A stretch of 64,000 nucleotides of DNA from NCBI GenBank assembly GCA_965249575.1, contig OZ252244.1:544001-608000 (forward strand), given 5' to 3'. The notes under the pieces were generated by a model. The model made no database searches and had not been told where the DNA came from. It saw only the letters and a list, made by a program, of their open reading frames with translations. Positions 50,001 through 59,619 of the stretch are shown one piece after another (position 1 is the stretch's first letter; each line of letters starts with the position of its first letter). Origin of the DNA: Gemmatimonadales bacterium. Lineage in GTDB: Bacteria; Gemmatimonadota; Gemmatimonadetes; Gemmatimonadales; GWC2-71-9. A program made the position numbers and the translations under genes.

Positions 50001-50536
50001 AGCGCGACGACCTCGTGCGGGCTCGAGACGCACTCCTGGAAGCGATTCGGGAAATCGATACGACGGCGCGCGGCATGTTCCTCGAGACGTTCGACGCAAT
50101 TCGCGCTAACTTCCACTCCGTGTTTCAGGCGCTGTTCGAGGGTGGGGATTGTGACGTCCGATTGACCGATCCTGAGGACCCGCTTGGGAGTACGATCGAG
50201 ATCCACGCGGCCCCCAGAGGAAAGCGCACCCAGCGCATCCACCTGCTGTCCTCGGGCGAGCGGGCGCTCGTCGCGATCTCTCTCCTGTTCTCGATCTACC
50301 TCACGAAGCCCAACCCCTTCTGTTTGCTCGACGAGGTGGACGCACCACTTGACGACGCCAACGTTGCCCGGTTCGTGCGCTTGCTCGACGAGTTCAAGGC
50401 AGATACTCAGTTCGTCGTGATCACGCACAACCCTCGCACCATGCAGGTTGCAGACGCCGTGTACGGCGTAACGATGCAGGAGCCGGGAGTCTCCACCATC
50501 GTCGGGGTCCGGCTGGGTCAAGTCGAGCCCGTCTGA
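47057..50536 (+). CDS. smc: Chromosome segregation protein SMC
   Basis: GFKSF, GPNGCGKSN, FEEAAG, coiled coils, GPVN, LSSGE, LLDEVDAPLD, ITH. Confidence 0.95.
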   Translation: MRLTKLHLAGFKSFADAVVLQVDDGVTAVVGPNGCGKSNISDAVRWVLGEQRPRVLRGARMDEIIFQGSAKRRPQNLAEVSLHFDNSGGVLPVGYAEVVVTRRLSRSGQSEYLINQSPVRLRDVQDLLRGTGIGSDVGAVIEAQMIDRLLSERAEERRSLFEEAAGIGLYRDRKVVTERRLERTSDDLQRLDDLIREVQTQVRSLARQRGRAERHSKFTAERFSVVATLVRRDLSDLDTLEEGLAAQRAELARRLPLAQQAITAAEREREAKNQSRMTAEAKRTELERRLAQTRVDIGKVEGDLHVAEERLRNAADRRARAQRESEEAAARAAQAGRERDAAADERRAAESARQSLQTELDLRSVGEDEAESRLGNERSLAREAEHAMQQLVESVRALAGEQTAIQQDLHDLDEQAADVAQRQEETELEWVAARDRVEEIRGELVGKEREVHEAAADLERARHALASAREHEAAVGLERRAAEEALAQLTARRRVLEELERDRAGLAPAARRLLEARLEFGEGNLLGPLSDFLHTQRADPSLVERLLGDWLHAVLVRDEATARAIEDWHRHTQPGLLALLPTSPGPPNDPQGRANAARLGITATEPADRWLAALLAGDEAIDDEGNAIRRSNGAIFLAGSERGDGPLLRRAELESLGTQLAEARQGLTTLEQKASEAGRVHREAEAAQAAAGGRAERARSVQRETLGTADDAERALQRAERERNEAQGTLTRINHRIDERNRRLQEIGEGERNAERNRQQIESELATRQAALLEFEAAKEAARERRVHWQVEEAQVSARESAARAQEQRAGEIVAAARDAIASLEAEIATIDREREELTARNAEWSDQLAERRLSIQQMERAVADAENTLTRDGEELGKADTAVENVRTEAASLNERSHKVELQEAELSGQRRVLVERFEAEWHRSIDSLGEDTPIVDGDESVLREQADHLARELERIGPVNPLAVEEHAEEVKRLDFLTDQRDDLVRARDALLEAIREIDTTARGMFLETFDAIRANFHSVFQALFEGGDCDVRLTDPEDPLGSTIEIHAAPRGKRTQRIHLLSSGERALVAISLLFSIYLTKPNPFCLLDEVDAPLDDANVARFVRLLDEFKADTQFVVITHNPRTMQVADAVYGVTMQEPGVSTIVGVRLGQVEPV

Positions 50537-52801
50537 GTGATTCGTCGCTGCGCGCTCGTGCTGCTGGTGTGGTGCGCGCCTGCCGCGACAGTCGCCGGAC
50601 AGCAGCCCACCGTATCACCGTCGCTCGAGCGCGTGTTCGACCGTGATACCACAATAGGCGTATGGCTCTTCGCGAGCCCCCAGTATCGCCTCCGCGACAT
50701 CCGAACCCTGGTGCAGAGCCTCGGCGGTCAGATCCGGCGGGAGAGCCGTTGGTTACACGCCGTGTCGGCTGACCTCGCTGCCCGGGCCATCCGAGCGGCT
50801 GCCGGGCGCCCGGAGTTCACGCGCATCCAGCCCGTGCGCCGATTCGTGAGCCCGCCCGTGTTCCCACCGAGGTATCTGCACCCCGCGAGTCGCCCCGCGG
50901 TCCCGCACCAAGACTCGACCTTCGGCCCGTCGGCGATGCCCGTTCGGGTGCTCAATCTCGCACCTCTGGTCGACCGTGGCTTCCGCGGACGGGGGATCAA
51001 GATCGCGGTGCTCGATACCGGATTCGAAACCGAGCTCGCGGCCTTCTCGGGAACGGCCGTCGTCGCGCAGCGCGACTTCGTGTCCGGCGACTCGATAGTA
51101 CGGGATCAGCCGGGCATCGACACGCTTCCGAGTTCCGGGCACGGCACCGCGACCTGGTCGCTGCTAGCTGCCAACGTCACGGGATCGCTCATCGGGATCG
51201 CTCCCGATGCGGACTATATCCTGGCCAAGACGGAGGAGGTCGGCCGGGAACGCCGTCTCGAAGAGGACAACTACGTCGCCGCACTCGAATGGGCGGATTC
51301 CCTCGGTGCACACGTCGTCTCATCGAGTCTTGGCTATCTCACGTTCGACGGCGGAAGCGGCTACACGCCCGCTGACTTGGACGGCGATGTCGCGGTCACC
51401 ACTGTCGCTGCCGACATGGCGGCTGCGCGCGGAATCGCGGTCGTCACTGCGGCCGGAAACGAGGGTCTCGCCGGACCCGGGAGCTTAACTTCCCCGGCGG
51501 ACGGCGACTCTGTGATCGCCGTCGGCGCGACGGATTCCGCTGGCGTCCTCGCGGCCTTTAGCTCCAGGGGCCCGACAGCGGACGGCCGTATCAAACCGGA
51601 CCTGACGGCACCTGGCGTGAACGTCTTCGCACTGTCGCCCGGCGGATTCGTGCGCGTCAATGGCACGTCGTTCAGCACACCACTGATTGCCGGCTCCGTG
51701 GCGTTATTGCGGGAGAGCCAGCCGACCCTCGGGCCAATCGATCTGAGGAACGCCCTCACCCAATGGGGGTCCAACGCCGGAGCCCCGAACTCGGACCTCG
51801 GATGGGGAACTCCCGACGTGGCATTGGCGGCGATCTTCCCACGCGGAGTCGCGGTAACTCAGCCCATCGACTCCGTGCTCGCGAGCGTGACACCGACAAT
51901 CCAGTGGTCGGCCGCGGACGTGCCAGCCTTCGCCATGCCCGTGACCTACCGCCTCCGAGTAGGGACCGATACGTCGCTAGCCGCCCTGCTCGTCGACACC
52001 AGCCTGACGATGAATCGTGTCGCGTTGGCGCAGCCCCTCGTGCCCGGAGCGACACTCGCCTTTCAACTCACGGCTACGGCGGCCGATTCCACCGCCGTTA
52101 CGCTTCCCGTGAGTCGCCAATTTCGAGCGCCGCCCTGGGCGCGGCTGGCTCAGTTGGACGACCCAGCCGGCAACACGATTCGCGACCTACGACCCGTATT
52201 CTCCTGGACCTCACCAGACGTGGATGCGCCACCCGGACCGTTTACCTACGGCATCGAAGTATTTCGTGACGACAATGGAGCAGTGGACGCCGCAGGAAAC
52301 GGCTTGACCCAAGCGCACTTCACACCCTCGGAGGACCTCGATCGCAATACCCCCTACCGATGGCGTGTGACCGCTAGACTCGAGGGCAATTCCGCTGTCA
52401 CGGAGAGCCGTGGCACGTTCGTTATCATCGACGACAGCGCCCCTCCGGTCACGTTGCTCTTTCAGAACTTTCCGAACCCCTTTCCGGACCGCTTAACGGG
52501 ACGCACGGCCACCTGCATCTGGTTTGACCTTTCCGCGAGTGGCCGCGTGGAGCTACACATCCTGGACCTCCGAGGCCACCTGGTTCGAGACCTGACGCCC
52601 GGGGGACGGGGCTCGATTCTCCCTCCTGGGCGATACGGCCGACCTGCCACCGGCGCCCCTGGCCGCTGCGATAGCAGCCTCGAATGGGACGGGACGAGCG
52701 ACGCCGGCCGGCCGGTACCCCAGGGTGTGTACATCGTCAAGCTTCGGGCTCCGGCGGGGACGTTCTTCAAGCGGATCGTCTATCTCGGCTCGGATCGCTA
52801 A
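50537..52801 (+). CDS. S8 (subtilisin-like) serine peptidase with FN3-like domains and FlgD-Ig-like C-terminal domain
   Basis: VLDTG, GHGT, AAGNEG, FSSRGP, KPDL.APG, GTSFS; LFQNFPNPF...WDG...GVYIVKL. Confidence 0.9.
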   Translation: MIRRCALVLLVWCAPAATVAGQQPTVSPSLERVFDRDTTIGVWLFASPQYRLRDIRTLVQSLGGQIRRESRWLHAVSADLAARAIRAAAGRPEFTRIQPVRRFVSPPVFPPRYLHPASRPAVPHQDSTFGPSAMPVRVLNLAPLVDRGFRGRGIKIAVLDTGFETELAAFSGTAVVAQRDFVSGDSIVRDQPGIDTLPSSGHGTATWSLLAANVTGSLIGIAPDADYILAKTEEVGRERRLEEDNYVAALEWADSLGAHVVSSSLGYLTFDGGSGYTPADLDGDVAVTTVAADMAAARGIAVVTAAGNEGLAGPGSLTSPADGDSVIAVGATDSAGVLAAFSSRGPTADGRIKPDLTAPGVNVFALSPGGFVRVNGTSFSTPLIAGSVALLRESQPTLGPIDLRNALTQWGSNAGAPNSDLGWGTPDVALAAIFPRGVAVTQPIDSVLASVTPTIQWSAADVPAFAMPVTYRLRVGTDTSLAALLVDTSLTMNRVALAQPLVPGATLAFQLTATAADSTAVTLPVSRQFRAPPWARLAQLDDPAGNTIRDLRPVFSWTSPDVDAPPGPFTYGIEVFRDDNGAVDAAGNGLTQAHFTPSEDLDRNTPYRWRVTARLEGNSAVTESRGTFVIIDDSAPPVTLLFQNFPNPFPDRLTGRTATCIWFDLSASGRVELHILDLRGHLVRDLTPGGRGSILPPGRYGRPATGAPGRCDSSLEWDGTSDAGRPVPQGVYIVKLRAPAGTFFKRIVYLGSDR

Positions 52802-52803
52802 CC

Positions 52804-53565
52804 ATGGAGCTCACGGTCCTCGGCAGCGGCACCGTGGCGCCCTCGGCGACCCGAACCGCGGCCAGCCATTGGGTTTCGACTGGCCCAGTCAACCTGCTCC
52901 TCGACTGTGGAGCAGGGACCCTCCATCGAGCCGCCGCACACGTCCCGTGGTCAGCCGTGACCCATGTGGCGATCACCCACTTTCACCCAGACCACTGGGG
53001 CGAGCTGCCCATGCTGCTCTTCGCCCTGCGGTGGGGAATCGATCCGCCGCGGTCCGCCCCGCTCACCCTGATCGGCCCGGGCGGGTTCCGGTCCCGCCTG
53101 ACGCTGATGGCCGCAGCCCTTGGCGACTGGGTACTCGAGCCAGGCTATCCGCTCGCGATTGACGAGATCGCCCACGGTGGGACCCTTGCTCTCGACAGCG
53201 GCGTCGTTCTCGAAGCGCACCGCACTCCCCACACCGAGGAGAGCCTCGCCTATGCCGTGCGGGACGGGCACCGTCGTCTGGTGTATACAGGAGACACGGG
53301 CCCGGACCAGGATCTCGCACACTGGGCGGGCGACTGCGATCTGCTGTTGGCGGAGTGCTCGCTACCCGACGACCGCGGAATCGCAATACATTTATCGCCG
53401 ACCCGGGCGGGCGATCTCGCGCGCATCGCCGGCGCGCGGCGTCTCGTGCTGACGCACTTCTACCCGCAAGTCGAGTCTGCTGACCCGGCAGGCACAGCGC
53501 GACGGGTGTTCGCGGGCGAGGTGCAGGCAGCCAGTGACGGCGACCGTTTCACGATAGGGGAGTAA
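52804..53565 (+). CDS. MBL-fold hydrolase, RNase Z/BN-like
   Basis: LTVLGSG, LLDCG, THFHPDH, YTGDT, LTHFY. Confidence 0.85.
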   Translation: MELTVLGSGTVAPSATRTAASHWVSTGPVNLLLDCGAGTLHRAAAHVPWSAVTHVAITHFHPDHWGELPMLLFALRWGIDPPRSAPLTLIGPGGFRSRLTLMAAALGDWVLEPGYPLAIDEIAHGGTLALDSGVVLEAHRTPHTEESLAYAVRDGHRRLVYTGDTGPDQDLAHWAGDCDLLLAECSLPDDRGIAIHLSPTRAGDLARIAGARRLVLTHFYPQVESADPAGTARRVFAGEVQAASDGDRFTIGE

Positions 53566-54606
53566 ATGCTGATCGTCATGCAGCATGGGGCGTCTTCCGA
53601 CCAGGTGGAGCGCGTAGTCGACACGATCGAGGAGCTCGGCTATCAGGCCCGGCCAATGCCCGGCGCCCAGCGAACCGCCGTGGGCCTCGTGGGGAACGAC
53701 GGTCGGGTCGACTCGTCCCGCCTGTCCGCGCTCCCGGGCGTGAAGGAAGTCATACATGTCACCCAACCCTATAAACAGGTCTCCCGGGAGTGGAAATCGG
53801 ACAAGACGGTTATTGAGTTGCCGGGCGGACTGGCGATCGGAGCGGACGACATCGTGCTCATCGCCGGTCCCTGCTCGGTGGAATCCGCGTCGCAAATCAT
53901 CGAATCGGCTCGCGGCGTTCGAGCGGCCGGCGCGACCATCCTGCGTGGCGGAGCCTTCAAGCCCCGCACCTCGCCCTACGCGTTCCAGGGCTTGGGACTC
54001 AGTGGTCTCAAGCTCTTGGCTCAGGCCCGGGAGGAGACCGGACTGCTGATCGTGACGGAGGCCATGGACCCGGACGGTGTCGACATCGTGGCGGACTATG
54101 CGGACATTATTCAGATCGGCGCCCGCAACATGCAGAACTTCTCCCTCCTCAAGCACGCGGGGCGGTGCGGCAAGCCCGTGCTGCTCAAGCGGGGCATGTC
54201 CGCCACCATCACGGAGCTACTCCTCTCCGCGGAGTACTTGCTGGCCGAGGGAAACCACCAAGTCATCCTCTGCGAGCGTGGGATCCGCGGCTTCGATCCG
54301 GCTACTCGCAACGTCTTCGATCTCACCGCGATCCCACTGGTCCAATCGCTGAGCCACCTCCCGATCATCGCGGATCCGAGCCACGCAACCGGTCGTCGTG
54401 ACAAAGTCATTCCGATGGCGCGCGCCGCCGTGGCCGCGGGCGCCGACGGCGTGATGATCGAAGTGCATCCCGAACCGGATCGAGCGCTCTCAGATGGTGA
54501 TCAGAGCCTCTATCCTGACCAGTTCGAGGATTTGGTGCGTCAGACCCGGGTCATCGCCGAAGCTATCGGACGGCGCATCGCGGAACCGCTCCCGGTCGGC
54601 ACATGA
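53566..54606 (+). CDS. aroF: 3-deoxy-7-phosphoheptulonate (DAHP) synthase type I-beta with N-terminal regulatory domain
   Basis: [42 protein letters not shown]. Confidence 0.96.
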   Translation: MLIVMQHGASSDQVERVVDTIEELGYQARPMPGAQRTAVGLVGNDGRVDSSRLSALPGVKEVIHVTQPYKQVSREWKSDKTVIELPGGLAIGADDIVLIAGPCSVESASQIIESARGVRAAGATILRGGAFKPRTSPYAFQGLGLSGLKLLAQAREETGLLIVTEAMDPDGVDIVADYADIIQIGARNMQNFSLLKHAGRCGKPVLLKRGMSATITELLLSAEYLLAEGNHQVILCERGIRGFDPATRNVFDLTAIPLVQSLSHLPIIADPSHATGRRDKVIPMARAAVAAGADGVMIEVHPEPDRALSDGDQSLYPDQFEDLVRQTRVIAEAIGRRIAEPLPVGT

Positions 54607-55241
54607 GGGTCGCCGCGCTGGCATTGCTGACGACGCCGCTCGCCGCGCAGGACGCCGTAACGGTGCTCGAGCGGGCCGAAAAGGCATCCGACCGGCTGTC
54701 GTCGCTGCAGGCGGAGTTCGTCCAGACGCTGGACAATCCGATGTTGGGCAATCCTGTGAAGTCGCACGGTACTCTTTTTCTCGTGCCACCGGATCACTTC
54801 GCCATGCGGTTCGACCAGCCAGAAGGCGATCGTCTGGTCGCAGACGGAACCTGGCTCTGGGCGTACACGCCAAGCACGGTGCCCGGACAGGTCGTTCGCC
54901 AATCGATTCCCCGGGACGGCGCTCTGACCCCGAACCTGATAGCGCAGTTCGTCGATCGGCCACTCGATCGGTACGACGCGAGTCATGTCGGCGTGGATTC
55001 AGTGGGCCGGGCGGTGGTGGATCTCGTGCGACTGGTCCCCCGGCAGGCGGGCTACGCGTTTCGGGAGGCCGTCATCGGCGTGAGCCGTGGGGACGGGCTG
55101 CTTCGCAGCATCTCACTCATCGAGGATTCCGGCCAGCGACGTAGCCTCGTTTTCGTCGCCATCGAGGTGGGCGTCGCGATCCCCGACCGCGAGCTGCGAT
55201 TCGAACCGCCTAGCGGGGTCAAAGTGGTCAGCCTTCCGTAG
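54603..55241 (+). CDS. lolA: Outer-membrane lipoprotein carrier LolA
   Basis: [25 protein letters not shown]. Confidence 0.8.
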   Translation: MRVAALALLTTPLAAQDAVTVLERAEKASDRLSSLQAEFVQTLDNPMLGNPVKSHGTLFLVPPDHFAMRFDQPEGDRLVADGTWLWAYTPSTVPGQVVRQSIPRDGALTPNLIAQFVDRPLDRYDASHVGVDSVGRAVVDLVRLVPRQAGYAFREAVIGVSRGDGLLRSISLIEDSGQRRSLVFVAIEVGVAIPDRELRFEPPSGVKVVSLP

Positions 55242-56067
55242 ACCCCAGGGCGCGGTCCACCTCCCGCACTTGGGCATCATCCAATCCCGCAAGCCTTGCA
55301 GTCGCCTGCGCCAGCACCCGGTAGAGCCTGACCTCTTCGGGTGACAAGGCTGCCGCGTGGCGACGAATGGTCTCCACATCACCCCTGGCAACAGGACCTG
55401 TCAGTGCCCCCTCGGGTCCTGCGGTGGCGAGGTTTTCGACTGCCCCCTGGATGAGCGCGAGCGCAGCATCCCACGCAAGCTCGCGCGACAGGCCGGCTCC
55501 TTCCAGCAAGTCGCGTGCGGTGGCCGCCAGGGTGACCACATAGTTAGACCCGAACACGGCACCAGCATGGCATTTCGCCTTGGATCCTGGCGTGATCGAG
55601 ACCGGCACCAACCCCACACGACGTGCCAGTTCGGAGGCGACCTCCACCGCGCTCCGATCTCCCTCAACGCCGGCCACGGCACCGCGCAAACGCTCCGGTG
55701 CCGTGTGCGGATCGGACAGGGCCTGCAGCGGGTGAAACGACCCCAGGGCGGCGCCACTCGGTTCGAGCTCCGCGAGCGCGCTGCGGTCCAACGCACCGCA
55801 GAGGTGAAGCACGGTATGGTGGCGCCGGATTTCACCGGATCTCGCGAGCAGACCGGCAACCTCCACGATGGCGTGGTCGGGTACGGCGAGGAGAATGACT
55901 TGCACGCCAGCGACCCAGGGCGGGTCACCCCCCCAAGAGACGTCGAGAGGTGCTGGCAGGCGTCGCTGGTGACGCCCATGCAGCCGGACGGAGAGGCCGG
56001 CTTCCGTGAACGCGACCCCCAGGCCTACGCCGGCCCTACCAGGACCGACGATCCCAACAGTGGTTAT
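55228..56067 (-). CDS. Rossmann-like + DUF2520 oxidoreductase (PanG-like), probable ATA start
   Basis: VGIVGPGRAG upstream of the called start; LAVPD, LH.CGA, FHPLQ, HAGAV..SN, ALTGPVARGD. Confidence 0.85.
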   Translation of the reverse strand: MTTVGIVGPGRAGVGLGVAFTEAGLSVRLHGRHQRRLPAPLDVSWGGDPPWVAGVQVILLAVPDHAIVEVAGLLARSGEIRRHHTVLHLCGALDRSALAELEPSGAALGSFHPLQALSDPHTAPERLRGAVAGVEGDRSAVEVASELARRVGLVPVSITPGSKAKCHAGAVFGSNYVVTLAATARDLLEGAGLSRELAWDAALALIQGAVENLATAGPEGALTGPVARGDVETIRRHAAALSPEEVRLYRVLAQATARLAGLDDAQVREVDRALGSTEG

Positions 56068-57707
56068 TGCCGTGCAGCGGCCTCCACTGGTTCTTCCGCA
56101 AGCGCTATCAGCTCGGCAGTCGTTGATGCCCGTCCGAGCAGATCGATAGCCGCGAGTACCTCCAAGTCGACGGCCGCTCGGCGTTTGAACTCGGCTTCCT
56201 TGTCAAAGACGTAATGCGCAACCTCATATCCGATCTGCTGATTGACAAGCGTCTGCACCCCTGTCCACACAGAGTCGGGAATCTCAACCTCACGATCGCG
56301 CAGCCGGCGCAGGACATCGGCCCGCATGCTCGCGCTCACCCTGAAGCCGGGATCGGTCAGGCCGCCACCACCGTCGGCCTTGTACTCCAATGCATAGGCG
56401 GTCAACACGTCGCGATAGGCCTGCAAGTTCGAACCAAGCGCCCGGACGAACGCCCGCTCGGCCTCGTTGAGCAGCGCCGGCTGCACGACGATGTCAGGAT
56501 AGATGCCACCACCACCCTGAAGCACCCGCCCGCTACTCGTCCGATAGATGGCCGCGGTGTCGCTGGGCTCCCCACCATCAACCTCTGAATCGGCCGGCGG
56601 CGGCAAGCTATCGACCTTCGCAACCTCCAGAACGCTGTCCTGCGAGCTTGGCCGCTGAATGGAGCGACCGCTCGGTGTGAACCAGCGCGCCGTCGTGATC
56701 TTCAACGCCTGACTCTTGGAAAGTTGGAATAGCGTCTGTACAAGCCCCTTCCCGTAGGTCGGCGTGCCCAGGATCAGCGCTCGATCGTGATCCTGGAGCG
56801 CGCCCGCTATGATTTCGGCCGCGCTCGCAGTTCCCTGGCTCACCAAGACCACGATCGGGAGGTCCGGCCACGTCTGTTTCTTCTTGGCCGAGTAGGTGCG
56901 GGTTGCGCCGCTCCCTCGGCCGCGCGTCTCGACCACCGCCTGATCGGGATCCAAGAACAGGTCTGCCAGCGTGACGCCCTGATCGAGGAGCCCGCCCGGA
57001 TTCTCGCGTACGTCAAGGATCAGAGAGGTTGCCCCACCGTCGATCAGGCGGGCGATTTCGCTCGTCACCTCCTGGGGCGAGGACTCGCTCACCGTATTCA
57101 GTTGGAGGTAGCCTACCCCGCCTTCGAGCCGCGTGGCAATCCGCACCGACTTCACGTGGATCTTGGCTCGCGTGATCGTGAACGACAGCGGCTCCTCCAT
57201 GCCGGGCCGGCCGATCGAGAGCTGCACCTTGGAGCCAGCGTCCCCCCGGAGTTCGCGCACGGCATCCTGATCCTTCCATCCGTACGTCGACTCACCATCC
57301 ACCGCCACGATACGATCGCCCGAGGTGATCCCGGCCCGCTCGGCCGGAGTATCTGGTAGCGGGGCTATGACCGTTACCCAGCCGTCCCGCACGCCGATCT
57401 GAATGCCAAGACCGGCGTAGTTGCCCGTCGTGCTGAGCGTGAGATCCCGGTACTCCTTCTCCCGGAGGAACGTCGTGTACGGATCGTTCAGCTCATTGAG
57501 CATCCCGTCGATCGCCAGATCGTACAGATACCGCTCGTCGAGCGAGTCGACGTAGTAGTCGGCGACATGAGTGAGGATGTCGTCGAACAGCCGGGCTTTC
57601 TGATAGACGCTACCTTTCTGTTCGGACCCCCGCTGGAGGAGCCAGCCTCCCGAGAGGAACGACACGAAGGCAACGAGCACGAGCAGAATCACGCTCTGGC
57701 GCTTCAT
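56064..57707 (-). CDS. ctpA: S41 carboxy-terminal processing protease with PDZ domain
   Basis: LNDPYT, GLGI, LDVRENPGGLL, TASAAEI, TYGKGLVQ, GGGIYPD. Confidence 0.93.
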   Translation of the reverse strand: MKRQSVILLVLVAFVSFLSGGWLLQRGSEQKGSVYQKARLFDDILTHVADYYVDSLDERYLYDLAIDGMLNELNDPYTTFLREKEYRDLTLSTTGNYAGLGIQIGVRDGWVTVIAPLPDTPAERAGITSGDRIVAVDGESTYGWKDQDAVRELRGDAGSKVQLSIGRPGMEEPLSFTITRAKIHVKSVRIATRLEGGVGYLQLNTVSESSPQEVTSEIARLIDGGATSLILDVRENPGGLLDQGVTLADLFLDPDQAVVETRGRGSGATRTYSAKKKQTWPDLPIVVLVSQGTASAAEIIAGALQDHDRALILGTPTYGKGLVQTLFQLSKSQALKITTARWFTPSGRSIQRPSSQDSVLEVAKVDSLPPPADSEVDGGEPSDTAAIYRTSSGRVLQGGGGIYPDIVVQPALLNEAERAFVRALGSNLQAYRDVLTAYALEYKADGGGGLTDPGFRVSASMRADVLRRLRDREVEIPDSVWTGVQTLVNQQIGYEVAHYVFDKEAEFKRRAAVDLEVLAAIDLLGRASTTAELIALAEEPVEAAARQ

Positions 57708-57735
57708 TCAGAGCCCTCCTAAAGCGACGAGGTTT

Positions 57736-58386
57736 TCAACCCGCAGATCGTCCAAAGGGTCCCCCCAGCCGAGCCAACACAACTTCCCACGCGTCGTCTG
57801 CCACTTGCCCGGGGTCCCGACTCGCATCCAAGTGCACAGTCGTTTCTCCTCGAGACTCGGCGAATGCCCTCGTTACCCGTTCATGCAGATCCCGTACCGC
57901 GCGCTCCATCCGGTCCGGCGTACGCCCGCGCGCAGCCTGTCGGGCGATCCCTACACGTAGGGGAACATCCAACACGAGCGTGAGGTTCGGCCTGAGGCCG
58001 CCCGTTGCAAGCCGATTGGCATCGAGTACTGGCCCCTCCGCCAGGCCCCGGCCCACCACCTGGTAGGCCATCGTCGAGAGCTCGTACCGGTCGCTCAGGA
58101 CCAGACAGCCGCGAGCCAATGCCGGCCGAATCACCTTGGTGACGAGATCCGCCCGCGCGGCCAACATGAGAAAGAGTTCCGCGAACTCGCTCGCGTCAAG
58201 AGTTGGATCGAGAGCAATGGCTCGCGCGGCTTCGGCCAGCGGTGTTCCGCCCGGTTCCCGCACTTCGACGACATCCGCACCAGCAGCCCGTAACCGGCTC
58301 CCAAGCTCCCCCACCAGCGTCGTCTTGCCGGCCCCCTCCGGTCCCTCCACGACAATGAAGGAACCCGTCCCTTGTCCGTCAGCCAA
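57736..58386 (-). CDS. tmk: Thymidylate kinase
   Basis: FIVVEGPEGAGKTT, REPGG, DRY..S..AYQ, DRME. Confidence 0.96.
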   Translation of the reverse strand: MADGQGTGSFIVVEGPEGAGKTTLVGELGSRLRAAGADVVEVREPGGTPLAEAARAIALDPTLDASEFAELFLMLAARADLVTKVIRPALARGCLVLSDRYELSTMAYQVVGRGLAEGPVLDANRLATGGLRPNLTLVLDVPLRVGIARQAARGRTPDRMERAVRDLHERVTRAFAESRGETTVHLDASRDPGQVADDAWEVVLARLGGPFGRSAG

Positions 58387-58735
58387 GCGTGATGATCGGG
58401 CTGGCAGCTCCCTTCGCAATGCCCTCCGCGATCTGCTGGTTGACCTTGATCATGAGCTTGTCGAAGTTCGACTGGGCCACCACGACGCCCTGGTAGGCGG
58501 CGTCGGATTGGACCGACGTGAGAAGCTCATTGTACGAGGCGGCGTCGGCCGACGACGGTTCGCCACCCTGCGCCACCCCCTGCTCGATCGATTGCGCAAG
58601 ATCCCGAAGCCGCTCAAGCTGTGCTCGCAGCTGCGGTTCCTCGCTCAACCGCGTTTCCGCACGTTTCAGGGCCTTGTATTCCTCGCTCTGGCCAATCAGG
58701 CGACCGAGTTCTTGCGACTTCTCAACGATCACCAT
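58379..58735 (-). CDS. YlbF/YmcA-like (Com_YlbF) helical regulator
   Basis: EKSQELGRLIGQSEEY...AQSNFDKLM..VNQ.I. Confidence 0.75.
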   Translation of the reverse strand: MVIVEKSQELGRLIGQSEEYKALKRAETRLSEEPQLRAQLERLRDLAQSIEQGVAQGGEPSSADAASYNELLTSVQSDAAYQGVVVAQSNFDKLMIKVNQQIAEGIAKGAASPIITLG

Positions 58736-59619
58736 AACTCCCTGACCGCAAGTAGATAGCGGAATCGCCCGAACAGGTCGGTTCGCACGGTCACTTCATC
58801 CCAACCCAACCGGAGCGCGAGACTCCGCGCCTCACTGGCCCGTTGAGAATCTAGCTCAATCGCGAGCAATCCGCCGGGTTCGAGACGCTGTTTCGCATCC
58901 TCGAGGAGGCGTTTGGTGTGCACGAGGCCATCCTCGCCACTCACCAGTGCGCCGCGCGGCTCGAAGTTTCGTACGCTGGGATCCAGGCACCGAAACTCGT
59001 CGTTTGTCAGGTAGGGTGGGTTCGACACAATGACCGCAAAATGCTCGGGCTCGAGCGGCTCACAAAACGCACCGAGTCGAAACTCGAGCGCTGCGCCGGG
59101 GCACAGGCGCCGCTGGTTTTCCGTCGCGACGGCCAGCGCCCCTTCCGATACGTCGGTCGCGACCACCCGCTCGAAGCGGCCTTCGACAGCGAGACTCAAA
59201 GCGATTGCGCCGCTTCCCGTCCCCACATCGGCTATCGCCCCCCAGCACCCGTGTGCCGGCTCGAATCGTTCACGCGCCCAGCGAAGCACGCACTCGACGA
59301 GTCCCTCCGTCTCCGGGCGCGGAATCAGTACTCGCTGATCCACGCCCACCTCGAGCGACCGGAATCCTGCCGAGCCCGCGACGTATGCGAACGGTTCGCC
59401 GCGGGCGAGACGCGAGACCGACGCGCGGTAGCGCGTTACGATTCCCGGCGAGGCCTCGTTCCCGCGCTCGAGCCAAGTCCGACCCGCGTTCTCCCCTGCG
59501 AGTACCGCCCAGAGCGATCTCGCCGTGGAACGGGGGGACGGCACACGGGCGGCTTGCAACACGCGCGCGGCTTCGTCGAGCACCTCCCCAACTTTGGGTG
59601 CCACCCGGGTCTCAACCAA
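58729..59619 (-). CDS. prmC: Release factor glutamine methyltransferase
   Basis: GEPFAY, VLIPRPETE, DVGTGSGAI, VSNPPY. Confidence 0.96.
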   Translation of the reverse strand: MVETRVAPKVGEVLDEAARVLQAARVPSPRSTARSLWAVLAGENAGRTWLERGNEASPGIVTRYRASVSRLARGEPFAYVAGSAGFRSLEVGVDQRVLIPRPETEGLVECVLRWARERFEPAHGCWGAIADVGTGSGAIALSLAVEGRFERVVATDVSEGALAVATENQRRLCPGAALEFRLGAFCEPLEPEHFAVIVSNPPYLTNDEFRCLDPSVRNFEPRGALVSGEDGLVHTKRLLEDAKQRLEPGGLLAIELDSQRASEARSLALRLGWDEVTVRTDLFGRFRYLLAVRELW

